Virus record (IMG/VR): IMGVR_UViG_3300045921_000484
Coordinates: 89,258-153,257 of that record
Length of the DNA stretch: 64,000 nucleotides
DNA from: a virus
Taxonomy: Duplodnaviria > Heunggongvirae > Uroviricota > Caudoviricetes
Strand: one strand, 5' to 3'
Under the pieces are notes generated by a model. The model made no database searches and had not been told where the DNA came from. It was given only the letters and a program-made list of their open reading frames with translations. This document shows positions 49,158 to 57,522 of this stretch, piece after piece; the first letter of the stretch is position 1; each line of letters begins with the position of its first letter. A program made the translations under genes and the position numbers.

Positions 49158-49448
49158 ATGATAACAACACAAAATTTAACAGAATTAGGATTCAATGAAA
49201 TACTTGATATATTCAACGGAAAACAAGTTTGGGTTTTAGGTGAGGAAGATACTGAAATATGTGGAAACCCTTGTAGATTACCAATATTATATTATAACAT
49301 AGAAACCCAAACTTGTAAGGTGATACGAGGCGAATTTTGTGTTGTTCAACGAGAATGTAAATCAGAGGAAGAAATTAGAAAATTTGTAGAATCTATTAAT
49401 TTTTTATTTCATATATCCGTTGTTATAAATAGTAAAAGAACCTATTGA
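49158..49448 (+). CDS. Small hypothetical protein (array gene) with CxxC..CxxC-like cysteine pattern.
   Basis: 96-aa ORF (EICGNPCRLP...QTCKVIRGEFCVVQREC). Confidence 0.4.
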   Translation: MITTQNLTELGFNEILDIFNGKQVWVLGEEDTEICGNPCRLPILYYNIETQTCKVIRGEFCVVQRECKSEEEIRKFVESINFLFHISVVINSKRTY

Positions 49449-49520
49449 ACAAACATTTTCGGATGTGATTAAAGATTCTTACGATAAGATAAAAGACAAT
49501 TTAGAACCACCACTTTAAGG

Positions 49521-49649
49521 TTTTTTTATTGTTTATAACGTTTGCAAATATGAGAAGTAAATCTTTTCATTAAAAAATTAGACAAAGTAAGATTTATTTC
49601 TTATATTTGTTGTTATATTTAGTTAAATAAAAATTATACAAATAAAAAA
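49521..49649 (+). repeat. Most complete copy of the cassette boundary plus promoter element (-7 box TATATTTG at 49603-49610).
   Basis: TTGTTTATAACGTTTGCAAATATGAGAAGTAAATCTTTTCATTAAAAAATTAGACAAAGTAAGATTTATTTCTTATATTTGTTGTTATATTTAGTTAAATAAAAATTATA. Partial copies at 31037, 45917, 48391, 50665 and 50970 (tandem). Confidence 0.65.
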
Positions 49650-49793
49650 ATGACAGTAGTAATTATAATTGGAATCGTTTGTGGAATACTTTGGGTATAT
49701 CTTAAAACAAAAGATGATTGGGATAATATGACGAAACCACCTAAAGGTTGGATGCAACACAAAGGATGGAGACAAAAAATAAATAAACCATAA
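49650..49793 (+). CDS. Tiny membrane-peptide ORF (47 aa) driven by the element. Not in the track.
   Basis: MTVVIIIGIVCGILWVYLKTKDDWDNMTKPPKGWMQHKGWRQKINKP*. Confidence 0.3.
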   Translation: MTVVIIIGIVCGILWVYLKTKDDWDNMTKPPKGWMQHKGWRQKINKP

Positions 49794-49864
49794 TTTTTGT
49801 TTAATTTAATATAACGTTTCTATTTAGGTTTTCTTTTTAATATATACCTTAAACATAATTTAAC

Positions 49865-50164
49865 ATGATGAAAAATAAGAATATACAAAATTTTGGAGAG
49901 TTCAATGAAAACTTGAATATATCTGATGTTAGTGATAGTGATTTATTTCAAGCGGAATACAACGGTGAGAAAATCAAAATTAAAAGAGAATTTTTGAAAC
50001 AAGGAGAAGAAAGAGAGTTATTAAAACATCTCAAAAAATTTAATTTAGGTTCGGGACACGAAGAAATGAAACTTTCAAAAATTGACAATAATAATTTTGT
50101 TTTTCGTTTAGAAACATACACAGGTGGTCCAACACAAACAATATATTTCAAGAGACTGAAATAA
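49865..50164 (+). CDS. Small protein with MMKNKNIQNFGEFNENLNISDVSD module.
   Basis: 99-aa ORF. Leader shared with 47559. Confidence 0.45.
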   Translation: MMKNKNIQNFGEFNENLNISDVSDSDLFQAEYNGEKIKIKREFLKQGEERELLKHLKKFNLGSGHEEMKLSKIDNNNFVFRLETYTGGPTQTIYFKRLK

Positions 50165-50214
50165 ATCATTATCACTAACGGACGAGTGTAAACTTAGTTA
50201 AAAACACGGATAAT

Positions 50215-50466
50215 ATGTACACAAGTTTTTATATAGCAGAAAATAGATTGGATGAACTAAAGTCTTTTATTAGGGATTTTACACCAACAGTAAGATTTAA
50301 ACACAACCCTATTAAAGAAGGTAAACAATGGTTTATTGCGTTAACTATGGAAGTAGAAGACAGTAATAAATTGAACGAACTGTTTAACAAGTGGCATAAT
50401 GAAGATAACCCACCTAAAATCCCTAATAAAAGTATTTGGAAACGAATGCTTAGTGTTTTTAATTGA
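50215..50466 (+). CDS. Small hypothetical protein (array gene).
   Basis: 83-aa ORF. Confidence 0.4.
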   Translation: MYTSFYIAENRLDELKSFIRDFTPTVRFKHNPIKEGKQWFIALTMEVEDSNKLNELFNKWHNEDNPPKIPNKSIWKRMLSVFN

Positions 50467-50663
50467 GTTTATACTTTGTTATGTTTAGTGAGGAACGAAC
50501 AATTAAACATAACGCTTGGGTATATATTGACAAATTGAAGTCTGAATCTTTTGAAGGTTGGACTGAAGATGAAACTAAAGGTTATTTAACCGCATGTGAA
50601 TCTATTAAACAGAAGGTAAAAAAGATTCAGAATTCAACAAGACTGGATTCTATGGAGGAATAA
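50463..50663 (+). CDS. Small hypothetical protein (array gene).
   Basis: 66 aa. Stop immediately followed by the boundary element. Confidence 0.35.
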   Translation: MSLYFVMFSEERTIKHNAWVYIDKLKSESFEGWTEDETKGYLTACESIKQKVKKIQNSTRLDSMEE

Positions 50664-50664
50664 T

Positions 50665-50730
50665 TTTTATGTTTTATAACGTTTGCAAATATGAGAAGTA
50701 AATCTTTTCATTAAGGTTTATACTAATTTG
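50665..50730 (+). repeat. Boundary element copy (5' half only).
   Basis: TTTTATGTTTTATAACGTTTGCAAATATGAGAAGTAAATCTTTTCATTAAGG. Confidence 0.6.
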
Positions 50731-50802
50731 TTAATTTTCTACAAGGGTACTTCATATATATTTTAATTGGGTATTATATACCTTGTTATAAACAGTTAAT
50801 TT

Positions 50803-50973
50803 ATGATAGATTTTATTTTACAAGCATCAGTTATTATTTTTTTTATTGGTGGTATGATGTGGGTGTTGGACGATGATTACTTACCAGAAGTAAGACTATT
50901 AGGTAGTAGATATTCAAAAAAAATTATGTATTACAGTGCGATATGCTTTGTAGTTGCACTTATTATTAATTGT
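50803..50973 (+). CDS. 56-aa hydrophobic peptide gene, intact copy of 44511-44663. Not in the track (under 60 aa).
   Basis: MIDFILQASVIIFFIGGMMWVLDDDYLPEVRLLGSRYSKKIMYYSAICFVVALIINCL*. Confidence 0.35.
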
Positions 50974-51046
50974 TTATAACGATTGCAAATATGAGAAGTA
51001 TTGTTTATAACGATTGCAAATATGAGAAGTAAATCTTTTCAATAAA
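50970..51046 (+). repeat. Two perfect tandem 31-nt copies of the boundary element core (TGTTTATAACGATTGCAAATATGAGAAGTAT) plus AAATCTTTTCAATAAAATAG. Abuts the truncated recombinase.
   Basis: Copy 1 at 50970-51000, copy 2 at 51001-51031. Confidence 0.7.
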
Positions 51047-51508
51047 ATAGAAAATATCAAACATAAATCAATTCTAACTTTAACATATTCTGTTGGACTT
51101 AGAGTATCGGAAATTGTTAATTTAAAAATTGAAGATATTGATTCTAAAAGAATGTTGATTCATATTAAAAATAGTAAAGGTAAGAAAGACCGAATAGTTC
51201 CTCTTTCACAAAATGTTTTAGTACTACTTAGAGAGTACTGGAAGGAATATAAGCCGCAAAATTACCTTTTTAATGGTCAAAAGAATAATAAATATTCGAT
51301 TCAATCTTGTCAAAAACTTTATAAAAAGTATATAGATCAAAATTCTTCAATTCACACACTAAGACATTCTTCACTTACAAGTCTTTTAGAAAATGCAACA
51401 GATTTGAGAATTATTCAGAAAATGGCAGGACACTCTTCTTCTAAAACGACTGAAATTTACACTCGTGTTTCTAATCAATTATTAAATAAAGTTAAACTTA
51501 CAGTTTAA
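51026..51508 (+). pseudogene. 5'-truncated tyrosine recombinase (phage integrase catalytic domain only).
   Basis: Frame open from the TGA at 51023-51025. Translation ..KHKSILTLTYSVGLRVSEIVNLKIEDIDSKRMLIHIKNSKGKKDRIVPL...HTLRHSSLTSLLENATDLRIIQKMAGHSSSKTTEIYTRV carries the R..HxxR..Y catalytic signature. No N-terminal arm or core-binding domain. Homology runs upstream of the first ATG (51152) up to the repeat element. Confidence 0.6.
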
Positions 51509-51534
51509 TATATACAGAAAAATTATTTTACTTA

Positions 51535-52104
51535 ATGGAAAAATTCTCCTCATTAAAACCAAAAAACGAATTCGAAGAAGATAGTAAAGACAAAGTTCTT
51601 TATACCGACTCATCTTTTAAAATAGTTCAGTTTGAAGATTGGTCTATAATTAAGGAAAAAGATATTGTTGTCTGTATTCCATATCTTATAGAAACAAATC
51701 AAATAGTATTAAGATATGAATATATACCGACATTCAAATATGTTGATGGTCAAGAATATCATGTTACTTTAGTTGGTGGTGGAATTGAGGTTGGTGAAAC
51801 ACCTAATAGAGCTCTTTTGAGAGAATTGGAAGAAGAGGCTGGTATAGTTTTGAGAGAAGACTTCAAACTAGAAGATATGAAACCTTTATTTATGAATAAA
51901 GGAACAGCGAATAAATACTATCCATATATTCTTACATTAACTGAAAGAGACTACCATGAAGTTGTTGCTAAAGGGGATGGATCTAAAGAGGAAAAAATGA
52001 GCAAATCTGTTAAGGTTGATGTTAAGTATATCAATTCACTTAATACTTCTGATTTAATTACTGATTATATGTTATTGAAACTAAAAGAATATCTTAATTT
52101 ATGA
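51535..52104 (+). CDS. NUDIX hydrolase.
   Basis: Nudix box GGGIEVGETPNRALLRELEEEAGI (Gx5Ex7REUxEExGU). 189 aa. Confidence 0.75.
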   Translation: MEKFSSLKPKNEFEEDSKDKVLYTDSSFKIVQFEDWSIIKEKDIVVCIPYLIETNQIVLRYEYIPTFKYVDGQEYHVTLVGGGIEVGETPNRALLRELEEEAGIVLREDFKLEDMKPLFMNKGTANKYYPYILTLTERDYHEVVAKGDGSKEEKMSKSVKVDVKYINSLNTSDLITDYMLLKLKEYLNL

Positions 52105-52399
52105 TACATAAGTTTGAATCATTTGAATCCTTAAATAAATGAGATAAGTATAGCGATTAGGTAATTTCATCTATATTAAATGATATTTCTTTACATTGGT
52201 CAATGAAAGCAAGTCTGAACCAGTGTTATCCTAATTCATTGGGTTTGAAGGGCGTTAAGAAGATAACTTGTGTGATGAGTTACTAAAATACCTTTTGGAA
52301 AAAGAATAACCAGATACCAAAAAGACTTTTAAGTAGTATTAGTAGAAAATAATTTTAATTTTTTTTTATAGATAACTTAAATTGAAACGAATTTTATAG

Positions 52400-53740
52400 T
52401 TAATTTTTCAAATAGTTTTCAAGTATAGTTTTTATTTCCTTATTTAACCCTACTAAATCCACATATCCTGAACTTGAAAAGTTTGGCTCTAATTCATAAT
52501 TGAAACACATATTAGATTGCCATTCATAGAACACATCAGCTACTGATCCAAGTTGAATTTTATAATCATAGTCCATTTCTTCCATCCAATCATTATTTAG
52601 TGGTAATGAGAAGAATTTTTCAACTTCTTTATATTCTTTTTTCTCACCAGAAGATGTCGTGTAATATTTTGTTACTTCCTTTTCGATTATTTTGTAGTTC
52701 TTAATTTCTTTATCCACAATATCTATGAATTCATCCCATAATTCTTTTTGATTTTGCTCAATACAAGCATCCATCTCCCAATAACCACAAGTTTGCTTTA
52801 TTTCTTTAACGATTTCTGATTTTTTACATAGTGTTTTTAGAGTACTTTCGGACTTTTCTTTTAGTAAGAATTCAATCAATTGATCTTCTGACATTTCTTT
52901 AACCTTTTCATAAACACTATTATAACACTCATCTTTTATTTTATTTATTACTTTTTTGATACCACCAATTTCTTCTATAACTTTTTTTATTAGAAGTATT
53001 GAGTTATCCTTATTTAATATATATTGTATTAGTGATGATGTATCTGGTTGATAATCACTGCTCAAATATTCACTATCATCTATACCATTAATTAATTCTT
53101 TTTTAAAAGATGAATTACTACTTAGTAAAGCATTTGACATATCTTCTACATCTATATGTGCGTACACCATATCACCCTTTAACTCATCATATTTCCACCC
53201 ATAGTAATCACAGAATTTTTTCGGAGTTATTTTCACTTTTTTATTTTCTATTATAAGAATACCAAGATATCCTTCAATCTCTGGAGATCCATCATCTGTC
53301 TTTATAAAGGATTCTTTTTTTACTACAATATTATTTATATCTAATTTACCACCTTCATCATATATTTCAACATCTGCTCCGAATAAATTATCATGTGCAA
53401 CCAAATCTCTAAAGTTATCACATGCAAAATGTAGTGAATCTGTTAAATCCTCATCAAGTGTTGGGTTTGTTGGATTCATATCAGGAAATATTGTTATAAA
53501 ATATGCTGGTGTTTCTTCACTACCATATTTTTTCAAATCTTGATTAAATACACTCTTAATAGTTTTGTCTTCTTTTAAGAATCTATCAGCAAATCCAAAA
53601 TCGATATTTATAATATATCTATTATGGATAAAATCTATAAGATATTCTTCTATATCATCTTTCGATAATGTCCATGTATTTTTATTAATATTTGGACTTA
53701 TCTGCTCATTTATAAACTGGTAGTATTTCTTTATTTTCAT
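52400..53740 (-). CDS. Hypothetical protein.
   Basis: 446-aa ORF. Confidence 0.55.
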   Translation of the reverse strand: MKIKKYYQFINEQISPNINKNTWTLSKDDIEEYLIDFIHNRYIINIDFGFADRFLKEDKTIKSVFNQDLKKYGSEETPAYFITIFPDMNPTNPTLDEDLTDSLHFACDNFRDLVAHDNLFGADVEIYDEGGKLDINNIVVKKESFIKTDDGSPEIEGYLGILIIENKKVKITPKKFCDYYGWKYDELKGDMVYAHIDVEDMSNALLSSNSSFKKELINGIDDSEYLSSDYQPDTSSLIQYILNKDNSILLIKKVIEEIGGIKKVINKIKDECYNSVYEKVKEMSEDQLIEFLLKEKSESTLKTLCKKSEIVKEIKQTCGYWEMDACIEQNQKELWDEFIDIVDKEIKNYKIIEKEVTKYYTTSSGEKKEYKEVEKFFSLPLNNDWMEEMDYDYKIQLGSVADVFYEWQSNMCFNYELEPNFSSSGYVDLVGLNKEIKTILENYLKN

Positions 53741-53803
53741 AAACTATATATAAAAAAAAAGAGAGACATAATCCCTCTTTTTAATAGCTGTTCGTTATTT
53801 GAA

Positions 53804-54832
53804 TTATATTTTAGAAAGTAATTCAGCTTTCTTTGTATTGAACTCCTCATCTGTTAATATTCCAGCAGAATGTAAGTCAGCAAGTTTTTTGATTAAATCA
53901 ATTACTTCATCTGACTCGCTATTTAGAGTATTTTTGAGATTTGTTTTTTTGATATCTTTAGTCTCAACAGGTTTTCTACTCTCAGGTAATATCTGAATGA
54001 TAGTTGAGGCTATGTAGTTATTGTCGAAGTCCATGTCTATCTCAGTGAATTTTTGAGAAGATGGTGTTCCTTTTTCAACTCTACCTGTTTCAATTGATCC
54101 ACTGATTGATGTAAGATTACCACTAAAATTTGATACATTTAGATTTCTTGTGTATAAACTATTATTGTTAACAGTATTTGTGGTTACATTATTTAATACT
54201 CCGCTATCTTTTCCGATATTTGTTGTTTCACTACCATATATTATATTATTGTTAACAGTATTTGTGGTTACATTATTTAATACTCCGCTATCTTTTCCGA
54301 TATTTGTTGTTTCACTACCATATATTATAGTTGGCATTGGTCTATATGGCCAGTATGGATAATATGGATAGTATGGATAATATACTTGGTGTCTTTCAAT
54401 TATAACTCTATCGAATCTTGTTTTCCAATCTTTTATTGTTAGAGTTGATTCTTTATAAAAGAAAACTTCCAATAATCCATTTTTCTCAATTGCTTTTTCT
54501 GATTCTTCTGATGATTCCACTTCATATGTTTTAAATATGAATTTCTTTTTATCATCAATAAAGCAATCAAGATAGAACCTTTCGCCTGGTTTAAGTACTA
54601 ATCCATTTTTTGAAATTGATTGTCCATTTAGTTTGATGTCACATAATACACATTCCTGTAATGGATTGTGAAGTTCTATTTCGAACTCTTGACCATCTTT
54701 TAAATAAACTTTACCGTTTTTGATTGATTTTCTTCCTCGGTCTGAAGGTTTTGATTTGTCTTTTTGGTTGTTTGTTACAATCCATGCGCTTGGTTTGGAC
54801 TGAATAGCGCGATTAGGTAATTTTGTTATCAT
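53804..54832 (-). CDS. Hypothetical protein with internal perfect tandem repeat, YYPYYPYYPYWPY tract and C-terminal SHOCT-like domain.
   Basis: 342 aa. C-terminus IDLIKKLADLHSAGILTDEEFNTKKAELLSKI (SHOCT-like). 2 x 28-aa repeat NNIIYGSETTNIGKDSGVLNNVTTNTVN. Confidence 0.55.
   Translation of the reverse strand: MITKLPNRAIQSKPSAWIVTNNQKDKSKPSDRGRKSIKNGKVYLKDGQEFEIELHNPLQECVLCDIKLNGQSISKNGLVLKPGERFYLDCFIDDKKKFIFKTYEVESSEESEKAIEKNGLLEVFFYKESTLTIKDWKTRFDRVIIERHQVYYPYYPYYPYWPYRPMPTIIYGSETTNIGKDSGVLNNVTTNTVNNNIIYGSETTNIGKDSGVLNNVTTNTVNNNSLYTRNLNVSNFSGNLTSISGSIETGRVEKGTPSSQKFTEIDMDFDNNYIASTIIQILPESRKPVETKDIKKTNLKNTLNSESDEVIDLIKKLADLHSAGILTDEEFNTKKAELLSKI
54161..54328. repeat. Perfect 2 x 84-nt tandem duplication inside gene 53804..54832.
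   Basis: 54161-54244 is identical to 54245-54328. Confidence 0.8.
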
Positions 54833-55012
54833 AGTATTCTTTTTATTTTTTTGACCTATATCTTTGAGTCTTATTCAAACTCTCAACGGTATCACAATGA
54901 ATACCCGACATAAGTTTAATGAACAGCTATAATCTATATATAAAAATTATTCTCTTTGTTTTATTATAAATAAAAAATATCCTTATATTTGTATATTATA
55001 AATAAAAAATAA

Positions 55013-56224
55013 GTGATTATACAAGAGAATTTTATATTTGAAACATTTATCAAATTAACATCCAAAACCTACCCATATGGACATGAGGATGAATTAGTTG
55101 ATGAAATGATTAAGTGTGGTCTTTTTCCTAAAAATTTAGAGAAAGATTCATACGGTAACTACTTTTATAGAGTAGGTGATTCCCGAACAATATTTGCATC
55201 ACATCTTGATACAGCTTGTAAAGAATCAACTTCGGTTTTTCATGTTATTGATGGTAATATTATTAAGACCGATGGTAAAAGCGTTTTAGGTGCTGATGAC
55301 AAGGCTGGTGTTTCTGTAATGTTATTCATGATGTTACACAATATTCCAGGTCTTTATTATTTTTTTATTGGTGAGGAAGTTGGTTGTATTGGTTCAGGCT
55401 TAGCTTCAAGATATGGTGATTTTAAAGGTAAGTATGATAGAATCATCTCTTTTGATAGGCGTGGTGTTGATTCTGTTATTACATTTCAATCATCTAAAAG
55501 ATGTTGTTCTGATGAATTTGCTGATGCTTTAGTGAAAGAACTTAATAAAAGCGGATTAAAATACGAAAGGGATGATACTGGTGTTTATACAGATTCAGCT
55601 GAATTCATTGATATAATTCCTGAATGTACAAACTTATCTGTTGGTTATTATAGAGAACATACCTACAATGAGTCTCAAGATATAAAACACTTGATTGAAT
55701 TAGCAAATGCTTGTTTGAAAGTTGATTGGGAAAACCTTCCAACTAGTCGAGATATAAAAAAGACAGAATACAAGTCTTGGAATTATAGATCTACTTATTC
55801 TTCTGGTAGATACTATGAATACAATAAAAACAATTGGAGAAACAGAGATTGGAGTCATACAAAGAAAACATATGGATATCATGATGATTGGTATGACCAA
55901 ATATCTGATGAGGAGTATGATGGTAATCTGGATGGTTTGAGTTACGATATATTTAAGTATAATAAGAAGACTAGAAGAAGTAACAAGAAGAAAAAGTTCC
56001 GTCAGTTCTATGATAATGGAGGCGAATTGATTGAAATTGGTAGTAAATCAATTACTAATTCATATAGTACACACTACGATTATATACTTTCTAAGTTTTG
56101 TAGTGAACCTTTAACATTTGATGAATTAGAGATTGTTAAAGATCAGTATTTAGATATGGGGGTTGAAAGTGATAGAATGTTCTATGCATACTTAATAGAG
56201 CATATTAACGAGCATGGTCAATAA
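55013..56224 (+). CDS. Clan MH zinc metallopeptidase (M20/M28/M42-like).
   Basis: HLDTA, GADDKAG and GEEVGCIGS motifs in order. 403 aa with basic, Y-rich C-terminal extension. Confidence 0.55.
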   Translation: MIIQENFIFETFIKLTSKTYPYGHEDELVDEMIKCGLFPKNLEKDSYGNYFYRVGDSRTIFASHLDTACKESTSVFHVIDGNIIKTDGKSVLGADDKAGVSVMLFMMLHNIPGLYYFFIGEEVGCIGSGLASRYGDFKGKYDRIISFDRRGVDSVITFQSSKRCCSDEFADALVKELNKSGLKYERDDTGVYTDSAEFIDIIPECTNLSVGYYREHTYNESQDIKHLIELANACLKVDWENLPTSRDIKKTEYKSWNYRSTYSSGRYYEYNKNNWRNRDWSHTKKTYGYHDDWYDQISDEEYDGNLDGLSYDIFKYNKKTRRSNKKKKFRQFYDNGGELIEIGSKSITNSYSTHYDYILSKFCSEPLTFDELEIVKDQYLDMGVESDRMFYAYLIEHINEHGQ

Positions 56225-56417
56225 TATCAGATAATTTTATTATTTCATCAGGAGCATTTTTGATTTTGGAATTTGGAACATTATGTGTAACTTTGTAAGA
56301 TTTCTTAGAAATTTTTTTTAGTATTTTAACAGGCGTTATCATATCATTGTACCAATACTCAATGAGAACGATATCACCTTCTTTATAGAATGATTTGTAT
56401 TCTAATATAAATTTCAT
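56205..56417 (-). CDS. Small hypothetical protein.
   Basis: 70-aa ORF. Overlaps the peptidase 3' end by 20 nt on the opposite strand. Confidence 0.3.
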   Translation of the reverse strand: MKFILEYKSFYKEGDIVLIEYWYNDMITPVKILKKISKKSYKVTHNVPNSKIKNAPDEIIKLSDIIDHAR

Positions 56418-56431
56418 AAAACTATATATTA

Positions 56432-57412
56432 ATGTTTAATAGGCTTATTTTTGATTCAGAATTAATTAACTTTCTTGATAGAACATCTAGAAACAAAGTT
56501 TCTATGTTATTACTACATGGATCTGGTCATTTGATATCCGAAGAAGGTAATTTTATCTCTCGTGATCCAAAAAAAGCCGATGTTTGGACATACTTTCCGA
56601 AATCAAAATATAAAAGAATTATGGTAGATCATACCAAACCATTTCTTGGTTTTACTACCGAACCATGGGAAGAAGGAATTGGTAGAGTGAGTATCAGAGC
56701 TGGTCGATTTGCCAAGAAGTTTCTATCTGAGAAAGCAATTTCCGAATATAAAATCACAGATAAGGAAATTGAAGAATTTGTAAATCTATATAAGTCCTAT
56801 TTTATAAGAAAACCTGAAAACCTAAAAATTGTTGAAGGTAAAGAAATTTTAAAGTGGTATTTAGAAGAAAATTATCTACTAATCAATGGTGATATGAAGT
56901 GCGGGACTCTTTGGAATTCTTGTATGAGATATCGTGATAGAAATAAGTATATGGAGCTTTACGCCAGAAACAAAAATATCAAAATGTTAATACTTTTAGA
57001 TGATAGTGGTAAGTTATCTGCTAGGGCCTTATTATGGGATATGGTTTACGATAGAGATGGAAACACTTATAAGGTTATGGATAGAATTTATAGTGTGTAT
57101 GATCACGATGTAAATTTTTTCAAAGATTGGGCTAAGGAAAATGGATATATTTATAAAGCCGAACAAAGCGCTAAAATAGAAAAGTTTTTTATTGTTAATG
57201 ATGTTAAAACTAAGTTATATCTAAATGTTCAGTTAGATGAATGGAGATTAGAGCATTATCCCTATCTTGATACATTTAAGTTTTTTGATTATAACAAAGG
57301 AATTCTACATAATAATGATATGTCTAGTTTTCAATTCATTTTAACACAATCTAATGGTGCTCTTGAACCAAATGAAGAACCAAGTGAAGATGATGAATTG
57401 GTTGATGAATAA
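56432..57412 (+). CDS. Hypothetical protein, paralogue of 1093..2058.
   Basis: See 1093..2058. Acidic C-terminal tail. Confidence 0.55.
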   Translation: MFNRLIFDSELINFLDRTSRNKVSMLLLHGSGHLISEEGNFISRDPKKADVWTYFPKSKYKRIMVDHTKPFLGFTTEPWEEGIGRVSIRAGRFAKKFLSEKAISEYKITDKEIEEFVNLYKSYFIRKPENLKIVEGKEILKWYLEENYLLINGDMKCGTLWNSCMRYRDRNKYMELYARNKNIKMLILLDDSGKLSARALLWDMVYDRDGNTYKVMDRIYSVYDHDVNFFKDWAKENGYIYKAEQSAKIEKFFIVNDVKTKLYLNVQLDEWRLEHYPYLDTFKFFDYNKGILHNNDMSSFQFILTQSNGALEPNEEPSEDDELVDE

Positions 57413-57522
57413 GTGAATGTTCAACCATATTAGCTTTTAATTATGTTTTTGGCACGATATTTGTTTTCAGTTATAAAAATAAAGCCTAAAATTAGTAAGT
57501 AAAAAAATTAAAACACAAGCTT

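Noticed and set aside
51026-51508. Integrase fragment as evidence that the window is an integrated prophage or contains an att site.
   Set aside because: The gene is truncated, embedded among phage accessory cassettes, and the window shows no host-gene flanks. More likely a recombinase remnant than a functional integration module.
44197-51510. Calling the small-gene array a functional integron or mobile integrase cassette system.
   Set aside because: The adjacent tyrosine recombinase is 5'-truncated with no start codon. The boundary element lacks the imperfect-palindrome hairpin typical of attC. Reported only as a cassette-like array with a recombinase remnant.
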